Shown: positions 35,398 to 36,506 of the stretch, piece after piece | Position numbering within the stretch: position 1 is the first letter of the stretch | Layout of the letters: the number at the start of each line of letters is the position of its first letter | The notes under the pieces: generated by a model | The model's input: the letters and a program-made list of their open reading frames with translations, nothing else | What the model was told of the DNA's origin: nothing | Databases searched by the model: none | Source: a virus | Lineage: Duplodnaviria > Caudoviricetes | Strand: one strand, 5' to 3' | Length of the DNA: 36,506 nucleotides | Virus record (IMG/VR): IMGVR_UViG_3300020045_006155 | Location: 1-36,506 of that record | Program-made: the position numbers and the translations under genes

Positions 35398-35592
35398 TTA
35401 TGAATGTCTGTTTGCTAAAATATAATTGATTCGGTCAATCGGCTTATCGTCACATAAGTCTATTACTATTGCGTTGCCTTCATCGCGCTCGTTATTTAGT
35501 TCTATAGTATGTAAAATGGCATCATTGAGGTCATGGAAAAAGGCTATCGTTTCGTTTTCCGCTTTTTTGTAAACTAGCCAGCGATACCACAT
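35398..35592 (-). CDS. Hypothetical early protein
   Basis: 64 aa, GAGG RBS. Confidence 0.55.
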   Translation of the reverse strand: MWYRWLVYKKAENETIAFFHDLNDAILHTIELNNERDEGNAIVIDLCDDKPIDRINYILANRHS

Positions 35593-35595
35593 TAT

Positions 35596-35838
35596 CTAAT
35601 CCTCTTGTTTAGTTAGTTTTTTGAACGTCAGCTTATCAAAATAAACGCTAGTTTTTAGGCCATGCTTTACGGGTCGTTTGCGGTATAGTTCCCAACATTC
35701 GACGCCGTTGTTTATCCCTGCGTGTCTAACTCCGTAATTTTGCATGGTATCCCCAGCGAATTTCATATTCTCACGGCAGAAAAAATGCCCATCTGGATTG
35801 TAGGCTAGATATTTTTCTTTTAGCTTATAGGGTGTCAT
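35596..35838 (-). CDS. Hypothetical early protein (GHFF...MKFAGDTM family)
   Basis: 80 aa, 4-bp overlap with the upstream gene. Confidence 0.65.
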   Translation of the reverse strand: MTPYKLKEKYLAYNPDGHFFCRENMKFAGDTMQNYGVRHAGINNGVECWELYRKRPVKHGLKTSVYFDKLTFKKLTKQED

Positions 35839-36266
35839 TTGGCACCTTTCAGCACTTTCAATCCGTGTATATGTACCGCTTGAAGGGTTGATACCAGTGT
35901 AAGTTCTTGTTCCGATAAGGTATCTAGCCGTTCCCTAAACATTTTGTCGATGTCTGGGTATAGGTCATGCCTATCTTTAATCCAGGCGTACGTGGTTTCT
36001 AATTCGCGCATTTCTTTACGCAATCTCAGGCGGTCGGCTTCGAGGCCATTGTAGAACTTTAGGTTTTCTAATGTTGATAGGCGCTCTTCGCACGCTGCTT
36101 TATCGATTTTAGATATAAAATCGCGTGATCGTATAATGAGTTCCCTATTTTCTTCACAAATAAAAAACCCACCATAACGATCCTCGTTTATAACCGCGAG
36201 TATTGCCCTGAGTAGATTTTCTGTATTTTCTTCGCTGTTATCCGTTGCCATGTTCATGATATTCAA
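35835..36266 (-). CDS. Hypothetical early protein
   Basis: 143-aa ORF downstream of the repeated leader. Confidence 0.55.
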   Translation of the reverse strand: MNIMNMATDNSEENTENLLRAILAVINEDRYGGFFICEENRELIIRSRDFISKIDKAACEERLSTLENLKFYNGLEADRLRLRKEMRELETTYAWIKDRHDLYPDIDKMFRERLDTLSEQELTLVSTLQAVHIHGLKVLKGAK

Positions 36267-36506
36267 TCCTCTTTAAGTTAGTTGTTTGGGTTTATATTAT
36301 TCATCCATTAGCGGCTATCCAAATTATCCGCGTTAGGTTTTCTGTATGATTTTCTAATTGCCTTTTTATCTTCGGCACGGCAGTGAGTATTTTAGTTTAG
36401 ATTCGAATTACCGCCATTCCTCAATAAGCCAAGGGCTGCACGATAGTTCCTTAACTCCTCGCAAAATATCACGCTTTCTTTCTAACGTTTCTTCTATACT
36501 GCCTTT

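Noticed and set aside
1-36506. Integron integrase or other tyrosine recombinase
   Set aside because: No ORF shows the R-HxxR-H-Y catalytic pattern; one could still lie outside the window.

Overview
Fragment of a tailed dsDNA phage (or prophage) genome covering the early, replication and nucleotide-metabolism region; no structural, lysis or integrase gene is visible. The core module is the siphovirus/APSE-like set: SNF2 helicase, VRR-NUC nuclease, ThyX, family A DNA polymerase, DUF2815 SSB, DUF2800 Cas4-like exonuclease (all minus strand), then divergent sigma70-like promoters, a Cro-like HTH and a RepB-type primase/SF3 helicase (plus strand), then small early genes. The main signal is two clusters of integron attC-like sites (about 730-4200 and about 18090-20800; 11 full or near-full sites plus half-site scars) separating small accessory genes. 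The attC top strand is the + strand, but every cassette ORF is on the - strand, co-oriented with phage transcription, which is the reverse of normal integron cassettes. Several ORFs take their RBS and start codon from inside the attC and stop in the TAA of the next R' or L' box. Cassette ends are extended inverted repeats, and attC types and cassette blocks are shared between the two clusters. Cargo includes an RNA ligase and a tRNA-like non-coding cassette; a secreted subtilase lies next to the first cluster. Also present: a tRNA-Val-like gene with a 59-nt insertion, other structured non-coding segments and two broken DNA methyltransferases. All functional calls come from motif recognition by eye; no searches were run.
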